A stretch of DNA of 64,000 bases from Lytechinus pictus (Eukaryota): the NCBI RefSeq assembly GCF_037042905.1, contig NC_087245.1, positions 20,834,001-20,898,000 on the forward strand. The letters run 5' to 3'. Numbering within the stretch: position 1 is the stretch's first letter; each line of letters begins with the position of its first letter. The notes below the pieces were generated by a model. The model saw only the letters and a list, made by a program, of their open reading frames with translations, made no database searches and was not told the DNA's origin. Below, in pieces: positions 51,711 to 64,000 of the stretch. The translations under genes were made by a program, and so were the position numbers.

Positions 51711-52799
51711 TTAACACTGAATGTGAATCTTTACCCAAAATTAATATTTGTGTAAACTTTTCTGAGCACAGGCTGAAAACTGAGAAGTAGATTGATCCAC
51801 AATTGATGAGTTTTCCCTGCATTTCTGGCTATATGTGGTTATCAAGGCAATGCACTCTCTGACAAATGAAAAAAAAAGGTTCTTGCACATCTTTATCTCA
51901 AGGCCAATGTGTGAGCCATATCATGCATGATAATTGGTTTGAAACTGATGAAGTAGTTCAAATTGCAAGGTTTTTACCTAAATTTTGCCATAAAATATGT
52001 TGTTACCATGGCAACACAATTTATGAAACAATCACAAAAAGTGCCTTGTACATCTTTACTTTAATACCAATGTGTGTGCCAAATTTCATGAGAATTGATT
52101 TAAAACTGATGAAGCAGTTTGAATTGTAAGGTTTTTTCCCCAATTTTCACCAAATGTTATGTTGTTACCATGGCAACAAAATTTCCGAAAGACACACAAA
52201 ATGTGTCTTAGACATCTTCACCTCAAGACCAATGTGTGTGCCAAATTTCATGAGAATCAGATGAAAACAGAGGAAGTAGTTCTAACTGCAAGATTTGTAA
52301 CCTTATTTTGCCATAATACACTGTTACCATGGCAACACATGCAAAAAATGTGTCTTGCACATCTTTACACCAAGACCAAAATATGTACATACACACCAAC
52401 ATTCAACCCCCTCCACCGCCACCCTTCGGCTTGTTTAGCATCTGCATTCAGATATTTAGTGCATTGAGATGTGAGGACAAACAAAATATCTGTTCAAAAA
52501 GGGTCTGAATTCAAGAACTAAACCAATGCAAAATAATGCACTGCTATTGAGTTTTGCACTAGCGCTAGTCTATATATCAGACCAATCTAAACTCATAAAT
52601 TCTGACATTTTCACCCATTTTTTCACTGTTCCTGCAGCCAGATTTTTTGGAGCATACCCCATTTTTAATTCTTATACATAAACAAAGGTCTGGAGAAAAA
52701 ATCATGCTTTTGTCCACTGTGTCCACAAGTAGGGTGTTTTTGACGCTAACAGACCGGACTATATCAGCAGTGCGGTGTGTAAACAGTACTAGTAAAGCG

Positions 52800-53131
52800 A
52801 AACTTTCTTTCACATGCGCCTGAGCGAGTGAGCTGTGACTGCGATGGATTTCAGAGTGATTAGATAAAGTCCTTGATGAAGTTAAAGATTGTAACCAGGA
52901 TCCCTTTTCTAGTCACGGATTTCTATCGGATTAAAGTCATCGCAAGACGTTATTTTTCTTGGAGGTATAGACAGCTAAGTAAAAATGTTCCCAGCAGCGA
53001 CCGTGATAGGACGGTCGGACTACTCGTCCCACGAGCGCCTGGACCGCCCGCTATCCAAGTCGGGAAATTCGCAGTGTCATACACCTTCGCATCAAAGTGA
53101 TCGAAATCTTCATGTTCTTTCAGATGGGCAG
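52800..53131 (+). other. Candidate alternative first exon (or 8-nt microexon 53124-53131) with donor CAG|gtaagt
   Basis: CpG-richer unique segment ending in ttctttcag ATGGGCAG|gtaagt; the start coordinate is approximate. Confidence 0.5.
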
Positions 53132-54076
53132 GTAAGTTTCAGTTCAGTATTTTAATTAAAGTTTTGCATACAGTTTACAGAATGATTTAAAGAGAAGAGT
53201 TCTATCAAGTAAATCAAGTTCAATTGACAAAATCCGGGGGGGGGGGGGGGGGTCACAAGGGTTGCACACCCCCTCTAACTCGCCATATTGAGAATTGCTC
53301 GTTGAACATACATATCGATGTAACTACATCTAAGAAAATTGTTATCTGTGCTTCATTTTATTTCCAAATGTGCTATTTGTGCCTCTATTATTTCCAAATC
53401 TTTGATTCACCACTGCAAATACTAATATATCCTGCATATAATTTGCCAAATAAACTGCCATGGCTGTTGCCTTCACCTCACAAGATCCTAGATGTGTGTT
53501 TGAGAAGATGGGTGGAGGGTATGTATGTGCAAAAAAACAACAACTGGGCAACATAGATTATGTAGAGTTTAAGGATTAATGTAGGAACTAACTACTAGGC
53601 ACGGAATTAACAATAATAATAATACAAAAATGCATTTAAGGTCTACCATTTTCTAACAAAATGATGAATTAGGAATCAAACAAGATTGATTTCTGTTAAG
53701 CCATTCTAGTGTAAATCAGTTACATTGCAGTCATCATGTGATATATAATTTCAGTCCTTTTGAGTTACATGTACTTTTGAATGAAATCCTGGTGGATGCA
53801 TTTTGAGCCTAAAATGGTTTTGGGACATATGAACCAGTATCAAACAATGAGAAGTCAATGAAATGTATATAAGCAGATTTGACAGTCTCTCTATTGGGAA
53901 GGACAAGTAATCAAGATCCCCTTTTTTTAAAGTTTCATTGGACCATTATTGGTTACATAAGTTTCCCACCCCACTACTCTCTGTTTCCAAATGAAATTTG
54001 ATCTAGTTGGACAAGAATAGAAGAAGAAAAATGTGTCAACTGGTATTTTGGGGAAAGATAATGTCAAGAATGTGAA

Positions 54077-54513
54077 ATATTTGCAAGAAATATGTTTGAA
54101 TGATGAAATATAAAATGCAATCGAAAAAATTGGGATTTGACAATGCTCCAGATTAAAATGAAACATCACCCTAACAAAATCCAAAGGCTCTACATTAAAT
54201 ACAAAAGTCAGTTGTGATTAGAGACTGTTTTAGAGTACCCCACTGGATGACAGTACAATGATAATGACAATAATATCAATTAACAATTGACATTTGACAT
54301 ATTTGCAAGAAATATGTTTGAATGATGAAATATAAAATGCAATCGAAAAATTGGGATTTGACAATGCTCCAGATTGAAATGAAACATCACCCTAACAAAA
54401 TCCAAAGGCTCTACATTAAATACAAAAGTCAGTTGTGATTGGAGACTGTTTTAGAGTACTCCACTGGATGACAGTACAATGATAATGACAATAATATAAA
54501 TTAACAATTGACA
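54077..54513. repeat. Tandem direct duplication of ~215 bp
   Basis: 54077-54292 and 54299-54513 differ at only a few positions; 6-bp linker tttgac. Confidence 0.95.
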
Positions 54514-55229
54514 ATTACTAAAATCAATATGTAAAACAAAAACTATTGCCATAAAGTCTGTACATAAATCATTTACCTCAATGAGAATAGGGGGGGGGGG
54601 GTGGGTGCACAAGAGGAGAGCCAGTTTGAGTCAGTGAATGTGGGCTCTAAAGTTGTTATAGGATCTCAGGGATAACAGAACCATTAAATCCAAAACCTAC
54701 ATGTAACCGGCTTTTTGATAACCATCCATTATGGTTAAAGTTGTTTAATTACTTTGGTATCTTGCTTACAGTATTATACAAAGATATCAGTTAGTTTATA
54801 TTAATTACAGCTGTTTTTCTGACTGATAAACTCACCACGTATTGGAATCAGAGTTGTGCAGTTAGAAGATAAAGTGAAGTATTAATCACACGGGTAGCCT
54901 GATCTGAATGAGTTATGAAGAGCTGATATCCATCAATTAGAGAATGCCTTTGCTTGATAATCAATAAATATTATTAATGAATTAAGAGTTCAAACAATCT
55001 AAGGGAGAAACAGATAGATGGGGGGGGGGGGGGTGGTCTTCTGTCTTATTCAGTGATTATACGTAATTATATATTATTAGGTACCAAGGAATTGGACGGA
55101 TTATGTATTGAAATGAAAGGGAATAGGACAGATAGGAAAGAATGAATAGGAGTTTCTTAAGACCAATATGGAAAGATAAATTCTGATTAGAAGTTTGTTA
55201 AAAGAGAACTAGACTTTTTTTGACAATTA

Positions 55230-55396
55230 TACCTTGGTCACATTTGCTCTACGGCAGCCGTACGGCGAGTCGAAAACAGCCGTTCTAACAGTTTTTTTAA
55301 ATGTCCAACTACATATAGGTGGGTTGAATTAAAATTGATAAAACGGCTGTTTTCGACTCGCCGTACGGCAGCCGTAGAGCAAATGTGACCAAGGTA
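55230..55396. mobile_element. PIF/Harbinger-type MITE with TTA TSD
   Basis: tta|taccttggtcacatttgctctacggc... ...gccgtagagcaaatgtgaccaaggta|tta; ~57-bp near-perfect TIRs. Confidence 0.93.
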
Positions 55397-56253
55397 TTAA
55401 TAAGAAATGGAAAAAAAAGAGATAGAAGAATTGAAATTGTTTATTACTAATTTATTGGTGATGTAATTGAGCAAGGTTTCAATGGATGGTTGTTTGAATT
55501 GACCAAAACTGCAAGAAAGTGTTAACTACCAACAAATTATATGTGAATCTGATGAGTTAAAAAAGTAAATTGATTTGAGATTGGTACCTAGCGCCAATTT
55601 GTAATAAATCAGATTCTTTTGACCAACATGAAAGGGTTAAATTAGAGTAAATTAATTAAATTAACATTAGATTCTATTTTACAAAAGGGAAAATATGTTG
55701 ATTAGACTAGGCTACATTGACTGAATTTCGAATGTTTGTTTTGATTTAGTTAAACTATTTAATGAAAGGTTTGAAATGGTTACCAAAACCATTAAATTGC
55801 TAAATGGCTCTTAATTGAATTTTCATTGAGTAAATGAAAATATGAGACTGGAAGGGACAAATTTAAAATCTGAAGTGGACGAATTTTAGATTGGGAAGGG
55901 TAAAATTTGGAATTGAAATTGACAAGAAGTGACTGAATGAATGTAGACACTCTGCTTGATCTTTTTGTAATTCTGGGAATCTCCAGGTTCCGAGCACTCA
56001 AGAGATAATGAAAGAAAACATTCCTCCATTATATATATCATCTACATCCATAGTAAAGTTCAACATCAGGCACGATCAGTGAGAGTAATGGTGAGTGGAA
56101 ATCATGATGGGCCATTCTGAAATTGAAAGCATCCAATCCAACTATGGCAGGGATCCATGCAAACAGGGAATGAAGATTGAAGATAGGACATGGAATGGGG
56201 GAGAAAAGAAAATGTGTGAGGGAAAGCAGCTCCCAGCTCAGAGCCTGCTTTAA

Positions 56254-56650
56254 AGATAAATACCAGTTGTGGTAATGATCTCAAAATGAGTTCGAACAGA
56301 ATCCAATGAAAATTACCCTCAAAGTGTTTGTATGTATAAATACAAAATATGTGCCAAAGAGCTCTGGAAGAAAATGCGCAATTGCTGAGAAATTAGCAAA
56401 ATAAGCATAGAATTCCATCAAATGTCAGGTATTTTTCGAAGCAATATTAATAATACACTGTCCCACATATGCTTTTCTGTGTTATTGATCATCAGAATTA
56501 TCAATTTTGACCTAAGATTTCATGATTTTACAAAGATGACTTTAAATTAGTGTACCAGATCTAGATGTATGATATTATTTTGACAATCAACCTTGATTTA
56601 AAAGACTTTCTCAAGAAATAATTGTTTGCTGCAACCACTGCATTTTACCT
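56254..56650. mobile_element. Kolobok-like element with TTAA flanks, imperfect TIRs
   Basis: ttaa|agataaataccagttg ... ccactgcattttacct|ttaa. Confidence 0.65.
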
Positions 56651-58010
56651 TTAAGCATTGGAAAATCTAAAACTTCATTTTCAAAGGAAATTATAGTGTA
56701 TCTTAAAATACAGGTTGCTGGAATGAAATGAGTAAAATTTTAAATCAAACATCAATTTTGCCTCCCTGACTTTTAAAGTAACTCTTGCCTTCTGGTATAA
56801 AACAATTTTTATCCAGGATTTTGAAATAGAGGAGGAACAAATGATAATTTTCTTAGATATAGCTATATCAATATATATGTCCCTTGGGCAATTCTTAAAA
56901 TAAGGAGGGGGTGTGCGCTACTTGTGCTCTTGCCTGGATCTGCCACTGTAATAATAATAATGCAATTATTTCTATAAATAACTTTTTAAAAGTGATAATA
57001 TGAGTTTACAATCAGAAGAGTGTTTGAAGGATGTTTAACTGTCAAATTAAAATTTTCATTTTAAAAATCAGTCAATGAAAAAATATATGCTCAGGGCTAC
57101 AATTTTGTACGATAAAATATAGAAGCTTTAGTCATGCTTTGATGACTGAAGGATTTGATACAGGACACCGGAAAATGCATCCCCGATTAAGGATTTGGGA
57201 AACAAGAGTATTGTGAAAAAGTTGAAGCCATGTTTACTGCACAGTGCCCTTGAACTTTAATGTTACCCCTTTCCCATTTGAAATAAATGACCAAATCAAA
57301 TCAGTAATATAGAATCTTCTTTATCACATTACTGCTCTTAGGTTGGAGTAATGAAAATCGCATACATTAAACGTTAAGGGTCTCTCTCTCTCTTTCCTCA
57401 AATCCCGGTATTGCTCCACCCAAACGTATTCCACCACGTAATGCTGCATTAATATCAGGTAATTCTGATACAGGGGAACTACGTGGACGGTTACCTTTTA
57501 ATTCAATCAAAATTGTCCCAGTTGATTAAAAACCTGGTATTGAGATGCACAGAGCAGTCTATCTGTATAGAGCTATATGCATACCTTTCATTTGTTATGT
57601 ATGCAGGCCTATAGCCTCAGAGAAAGTGACAAGCTGTGCTCTGCCCATACAGTAATAAAATATGTTTTAGTCCTTACCATTCAATTTAAGTATGAAATTT
57701 CAATTGGAAGATTGACAAGGATTTGTATTATAGGTCAAGTTTCAAAGTCAACTTACTGGGTATGTACTTGCTAAATTTGGGTGATAAAAAAATTCAGTAT
57801 ATATTGTACATGCTTCTCATTTTAGAGGTTGCAATATGCTATTGAGTCTAAAGACGAATTAGATAAGAGATGTATTCTGTCAGATGTTTCTCAAAAGAGA
57901 TAGAAGAAACCTTCTTGGGGCAGAAATTCAGGAGCTTGTGTCTTGATAGATTGTCATAGCCATATTTTTGCTTCAAAGTTAAAATTATTGTTTTCTAATT
58001 TACTTGATAA

Positions 58011-58419
58011 AGCCCCCATCACACTTATTCGGAATCAGCAGGAATCAAGCAGAAGCTGGAAAGACAAAAATATTTAAAAAATCTAGAATTTTTGGAGGAA
58101 CTTATGAATTCACCAAACTGGAGTTGAAATTCAGTAAATTGACCAGGTGTATCATCATACACTAGTCAAAATGAACCGCAATGGAGTCAGATTGATAATT
58201 CGTGCTACGTTCTTGGACATTCTAGGGGCATTCTGAGTGCATTCGAAATATTTTTGTCATTTCTTTTGGCCGTCCCGAAGGTTTTGGTCATGTTCAAAAC
58301 ATTCAAGGGATATTTTCGAACGGTGTTCGAAGTAGATTTAAATGACCAACTGGTGGTCAAACAATAGTCCTTTCATTCAGGCCAATTCTGCTTGATTCGG
58401 AATAAGTGTGATGGGGGCT
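58011..58419. mobile_element. PIF/Harbinger-type MITE with TAA TSD
   Basis: taa|agcccccatcacacttattc ... gaataagtgtgatgggggct|taa; subterminal gaatcaagcagaa / ttctgcttgattc. Confidence 0.92.
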
Positions 58420-59104
58420 TAAGATTTCATTCTGGGACTTTGAGGGATTATTTTGTCACCCTATATAGACTCCAACATGGAGTTGATGTATTTTAGCAAC
58501 TTTGTTTTAGGATCCATTATGTCCAAAACTTTTTATCTCTTATTATTTTCTTATCACACGCAAATTCACCTCAGATGTATCATAGTCCCAATGATTTATT
58601 TTGTGGAATTCAGTTCCATGTACAATTCTTTATCTCCCCAGGGTACCGTTTCCCAGAATTTCAGGCAGGTTTCTATTCCCCGATAAAGTACCGTAGCATT
58701 CGTTTATCATTGATTTTGAGATAATTGTTCTCATATAGAGCATACCGCTATCTTCTGAGGATTCCATTAGATGGTTGAACAGGAATTGAGAAGCTGATCC
58801 TAGTTTTAGGCACCTTGTCAAGGGTCAGAGCTGTGGTTTTCCCTACAGGAACCTGCAAGCAACTTTCCATGTAACTCCTTGATTTAACTTTTCTCTATAA
58901 AGTAAAAATAATGGAGAAAGCAGGTAGAGCTATAAGAAAGATGCATAGAACTTGTGTTGTGGGACTCCCACTAAAAAATGTGCCAAAGATATTTGTAAAG
59001 GTATCTCATTTCTCTATGAAGTGCCTTTTGTAACAAATAGAATCTATGTAATTTTCTAAGAACTCATTTTGATGTGTAATTCTTGATATACTATACTCTT
59101 CCAG

Positions 59105-59182
59105 GGAACCTCTGGAGCTGCCGGGACCTATGCTCGCATGAGAGCAGGATCCGTTCCGCATTCAGCATTGGGCGACTCCACG
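59105..59182 (+). CDS. Candidate internal coding exon (78 nt; phase 0 reads GTSGAAGTYARMRAGSVPHSALGDST)
   Basis: Acceptor tactcttccag and donor ACG|gtaagg; sharp GC-rich island in AT-rich flanks; length is a multiple of 3; in frame with the 11604-11699 exon. A second frame (NLWSCRDLCSH...) is also open. Confidence 0.65.
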
Positions 59183-62100
59183 GTAAGGCTACAAGTTAAA
59201 GTCTTATACCAATGTATCATCTTATATACGGTGCCTGGAGGGTATGAGAAGGGTAATTTTTGCCGTCTTTGGAACAGTATCTTTGTGGATCCGTCATATC
59301 TTGTGCTGTAGTATAATTATTGAGTGACAACGTATGCACCAAATACCTTTATTGTATCATGGCTTATTTAGAAAGGTGTCATTTACTGTTTTACATTTTT
59401 CTTATGTTATGCAAGAGTAATGTAAAGGGTTGAAAAAGGGAAAGAGCAGAGAAGAAGATAAAAGAAAGGAATGAAAGGATGATAGAAGATAGATAGATAT
59501 ATCCTAAAGATACATGTAGATGGATAAAATAGGAAGAAAAATTGAAAAGGATAGCAAGAGTGATGACAGAGTAAAGGAGAGAGAAAAAATAAAAAGGATT
59601 GGGGGAGAAAGATGAATAGATACCGTAGAGCTCTATAAAGAGAGAGAGATACATGTATAGAGAGAACCGATATAAAGATAGAGAGTGGTGAAGAGGAGGA
59701 TGTAGACTGATGATGACACAAATGAGATAATATAATCAATCCCACAATATACGAGATGTTGATAGATCCTTGAACCTCCTGCCATCCCACTTGTAACCGC
59801 ATGCTCTAATGGTAAATTGGCACCTTTTGTGTTTTCTAAATTAAGCATGATATGATGCTGTACCTAAATAACATCATGCCTTGGTTATAAAAATGATGAT
59901 CAGTTTGAGAGAATGTTACATCCATGTTCTATCCTGTCACGTTTGGAAACCCTGATATTAACACTGAGTAATGTTATAGGGACGGGATGGGGGGCGAATC
60001 TCATTCAAGGGAAACATGCTATAATGTGTTTTGACTGAGATGTTAAGAGAGAATTATTTATTTTTTTTACCTTCACTTAAGAGCAGGAAGAGAAATAATA
60101 CATATATTTGTAGAATCACAAATATGAAGGACCAGAGTGTCGGTTGGTAATCTTGTATTAATACCCCGACAGAGAACCAATAAAACGTGTGTCACGATGC
60201 CTCTCTGCGGATGAGACCAAGAAAACCCCCAGGAAATTGATATTGATTTTTCTTGAGCTTCATTGCCCTGTCAAGGATAGCCAATGTCAACGGTTACTCC
60301 TATCTATTGCCAATTTGAGAAACGTTAGTGATGACATGAAGGCATCTGTTTATATGCCGGCGTGACGAAACAACATCGGAGAGCATGATATTGGAAGTAG
60401 GTGTCATGAAAGCCGTTTAGGTCCATTTGAGGGATTTGGTTATTTTACTATAATTTTGTTATAGTGTGGTTGTTTTAGAGGATTAAAAGAACCCAAAAAT
60501 TGCTAGTGAAAATAAGACTATCAAAGAGTGATTTAACAGAAGAGAGTACATTTACTTGCAATATTGATACAAACTTTCAACAGTCAATTAAAGTGCTAAA
60601 AAGTTATGCCTGAAGAGCTACTGTAGATATTACTTTAATGGAGTTTTGTATCTATTTACATCAATTTTAGTTAAAATTGTTCCAATATTCCATTTCACAT
60701 ATTTCATATTTTTCCACTTATTGTTCTTTGGAACCAGTTATTAATTTTATTACTATGCATATGGGAATAAGAAAAAAAACATAATTAAGTGTAATATCCA
60801 AAATTTAAATTTAAACTTTAATACAGATTATAATATATAAGAATTGAAGAAAGGTCACAAATTAGCAAATTATGTTTCTTTTCGTTCCCAAACCTGTATG
60901 AATGAAAATAATACAATAAAGTTTCAATATGAAAATTCCCTAATTGCGAATCGCATTCAAAAGTAAATTTTTCTCAATAATTAACCCACATTTATCATTG
61001 AATTATTTTTAGAATTTGTATGAAGCCTTACACTTCCTTATCCACTTCATTGTAAATGAATAGCTGTATGGAAGTTGCTATCGTGGAATCATATTGTGAT
61101 ACACATTTGTGAAGACATTTTTTTTTACTGGAAAAACCTTCCATATCAATTATCATCCTGTTTTCTCATACTTACACAGATAACATGATTATGAATTTCA
61201 ACGAATGAATCTTAAGTGGAAACCTACCTAGATAGATTATCTATTCGGTTTTGAGTTTGCAGCCTATGTGGATATCTTCCAGAAGATTATGTGCTTATTT
61301 TTCCCCCCATGTATTTACATTGAAATGGGAACTCTATCTCCATTCATATTAAGTAGAAATTTATACCTTTGCCTGCTCTCTCAGAGTTCATTTTGGGCCC
61401 CAAAACAGGGTTTACCCCTTTTGTTCGTCTCATTTCATCCAATCAGTTTTAGATATTTGTGTTTTTAATATGTTATTGCTATGATCTTGCTGCTGTATCT
61501 CTGCTGGTATTAAATATTGTTTTGATATTACCATGAAAATCATGTACTTAATAAGATTATTGGAAGTTTGAGTGTTTTCTGCCATTAGAAGGAGCTTTCT
61601 GAAATCTCAAATCTTCCTTTCGACATTCAAATCATTGGCCCTGTTAAATAAACAATTCTATCATAACAATTATCTAATTAGAACTCTGGAATTCATAAAT
61701 AAATTTGCTAGGCTTTCTTCAAACAAATTGGCTTGTAGAAAGCAGAAGGTTGACAATGTAGGTCAGACGAGATGCATTGATTCAGCCGTCTGTTACGCTC
61801 TCACTTAACAAAGGAGCGTTTCTATGGATGATCTTGTTATCAACCCTGCAAATTTTAATCTCGGGCATAAAGCATCCCATTGCTGATTATTTATAGATTC
61901 GGCAGCTAATTTCACGCCCCGGCGATCAGCTACTTACGTTAAAGTGCGCATTAGTTCATTACACACGGTCAAGTGAACGGGAACCCTCACAGGGGGTCAT
62001 TAAGAAATCTCAGTGCCGCGCAACGTGTGAAATTTAAGGGGAAAAAATGTAGTGATGTGGAGAAGAGATGCCCGACCCTGTCTGTTCCTTGAGCTGGTGA

Positions 62101-63223
62101 AGAAGTTAAGATAGGAAGAAAATTGGCTTGAAATTGAACACATTACCATGTAGTGATTGGCATATAAAGTGAAGAATCATGGTAGTCCATGTTTAAGTGC
62201 AGAAACCAATTGGTTCACATCAAGGAGTAGAGGAAAGAGTCACATATTCATGCAGTCTCAAATGATGATGTCGAGTAGTATTTGTTCTAAAAGTGTTCTT
62301 CACTCTTTTCTTGAGATTGTGTAATTTTTGGATTGATGCATATCTTGTGATCCTATAGTGTAAACATATTGGGGTTTTAACAAACTGAAAGTCTCCAAAC
62401 CAAACAAGAATTTTAGTTCAAACTTTTCTGGGATTCATCTATAACCTCTTTCATATTCATTACTAAGATGTTTACCATATAATTCAGTCCATCTCTACTT
62501 ATATTATGCTATTCTCATTTCACAACACAATTATCTTTATGGACAACTTTTTGCCGCAGGATTAAAATATTTTTTTTTACACGGTGAATGAAATAGTAAT
62601 GTGGCACTCCATTTAAAGTGTGGTCTTGGTTTAGAGTTTAACCAAACCATTTCCACAGACAATTATTTTTCCTGTGTTCGGAGGCTACTCTTCACAACTT
62701 ACTGCCTAAATCTGCAACATTAGATATGCGTTAACATTGCAATGAATGGGGATTTCCAAGGCTCTTTTTTTCAGGGCTCTTGTGAGAGGGGGGGGGGGCT
62801 AAATTTAATCACCCAAGCCCCTCTGTAATTGTTTTCCCCCTGCATTGCTATGAAGATACCACTCATTGTTTGTACTGATTCACATGCAAGGAAGTGTAGC
62901 AGTCATCACAATGTGTTCATATCTTGATGAGATGTATACCTTATCACTTGACTTACAATCGTTCTTTCTTTTGTGTAAAAATAGCAGTACTGTGATGTTA
63001 CATGTACACGTTGGGTTTCTTTTCTAGGCCCAAATTGACATACATGTATCAAAATCCTTAGACTTGATTTCTAATAGCTGTAAACTGATTATATGCAGTC
63101 CTGCTCGGTCACTCATGTGTGTGTATAATGTATCCCAGGCTATTCATCCATAGTTGAAGTAGGCCATTTGCCTCCAAAGTACACCGTATTCTTGAAAGCA
63201 TGCATATCCAAGTCTAGCACATG

Positions 63224-63442
63224 CACTCTAAAACAAATCAGTAAAAATGACTGGTTAATAGGGTCAGCTGGTGCAACTGTTATTTTTTTTCTAGTCATAT
63301 TTGACTATTTTCTAGTTGTGTTTTACTAAAACAGAGTTATTTCTGACTAGAATATATGTCAGAAATGTAATTTTCAGTGATTGCCATATCAGTTGCACCT
63401 AGCTGACTGTCTAGTCAATTTGACTGATTTGTTTTAAGAGTG
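63224..63442. mobile_element. CACT...AGTG (EnSpm/CACTA-like) MITE with 2-bp TSD TG
   Basis: tg|cactctaaaacaaatcagt...gtcagctggtgcaactg versus cagttgcacctagctgac...actgatttgttttaagagtg|tg. Confidence 0.85.
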
Positions 63443-64000
63443 TGGTTTGTAAACTGACCTTTGATAAAATCATTTAAAATGCAATTACCCTCATCATTAA
63501 ATTTGTGATATAATTTTGGTATACTTTTTAAATAGATTTTCAATTGACCCCCCCTCCCAGAATACTAACATAATACAAACATGTATGTAAAATGAACATA
63601 TGACATGTACATGTAGATGTAAATGTTACAAAATGCTTCTGTATACAATGGAATAAGAAGATTGTTTTTCAAATCATTTTTTTTCAGAAAAAAAAATGTT
63701 TAGAGCACTTAAATGATAAAATTACCTGTATTATTGGTAGAATTAAAGCAAGATTAGCAATAAATACATCAAAAGAAAAGTGCTAATATCATCCCTTCAG
63801 AACTATTCAAACACACAATAATAAAGGCTATGTGATTAATTCATAGGCATTCCTATGTTACATTTTGATTATACAGCGCCTCACACCTTTCTCTCTGGTG
63901 TATACTACTTGAATGGAAGACAGAATAATGTTACAGCCTGAATGGTTTTCAAATTAGCCAGATAACAGTGCACCGATGCTATACTGATGTTGTACCCAGT

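Larger units (their letters stand above)
48013..52761. mobile_element. 4.75-kb foldback non-autonomous element with TAG...CTA termini and TAT flanks (Academ-like by termini)
   Basis: tat|tagtctggtctgttagcg ... cgctaacagaccggacta|tat. The arms are near-identical over the outer ~1 kb and traceable inward to ~49865 and ~50575. No transposase ORF. Confidence 0.88.

Noticed and set aside
48256..52467. Repeated ORFs (MCLRHLHLKTNVCAKFHEN..., LLPWQ) as a repeat protein, or the ~160-bp repeats as a CRISPR array
   Set aside because: They are tandem subrepeats of a transposon arm; the units are homologous along their whole length (no unique spacers), there are no cas genes, and the context is eukaryotic.
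58630..58870. RTE-like RT remnant (SQFLFNHLME on the minus strand)
   Set aside because: The similarity is too short to support without a profile search.

Overview
AT-rich, repeat-rich eukaryotic genomic DNA. The SINE, MITE and microsatellite types suggest an echinoderm such as a sea urchin (inference). None of the supplied ORFs looks like a real unspliced gene. Reading splice signals by eye gives a candidate + strand gene: a first coding exon at 11604-11699 (MSAMYGGGGGDEVVVAGSSALYNKLGLTKSEE) and a phase-compatible 78-nt exon at 59105-59182 (GTSGAAGTYARMRAGSVPHSALGDST), separated by a 47.4-kb intron. That intron holds two very similar pyrimidine tract + ~100-nt AG-free zone + TAG|GTAAGT junctions (26777/8 and 42497/8). 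They cut it into near-equal thirds (15.1, 15.7, 16.6 kb), the pattern expected of recursive splicing through zero-length exons; this is the main finding. A candidate alternative first exon or 8-nt microexon ends at 53131. The window also has two large foldback elements (6956-8689 with a 10-bp flanking repeat; 48013-52761 with a 3-bp flanking repeat and arrays of RFX X-box motifs). Other content: many MITEs with identifiable target-site duplications (TSDs), several tRNA-derived SINEs, faint retroelement fossils, a ~215-bp tandem duplication, long microsatellites, and two strong minus-strand exon candidates. All gene calls are unverified predictions.
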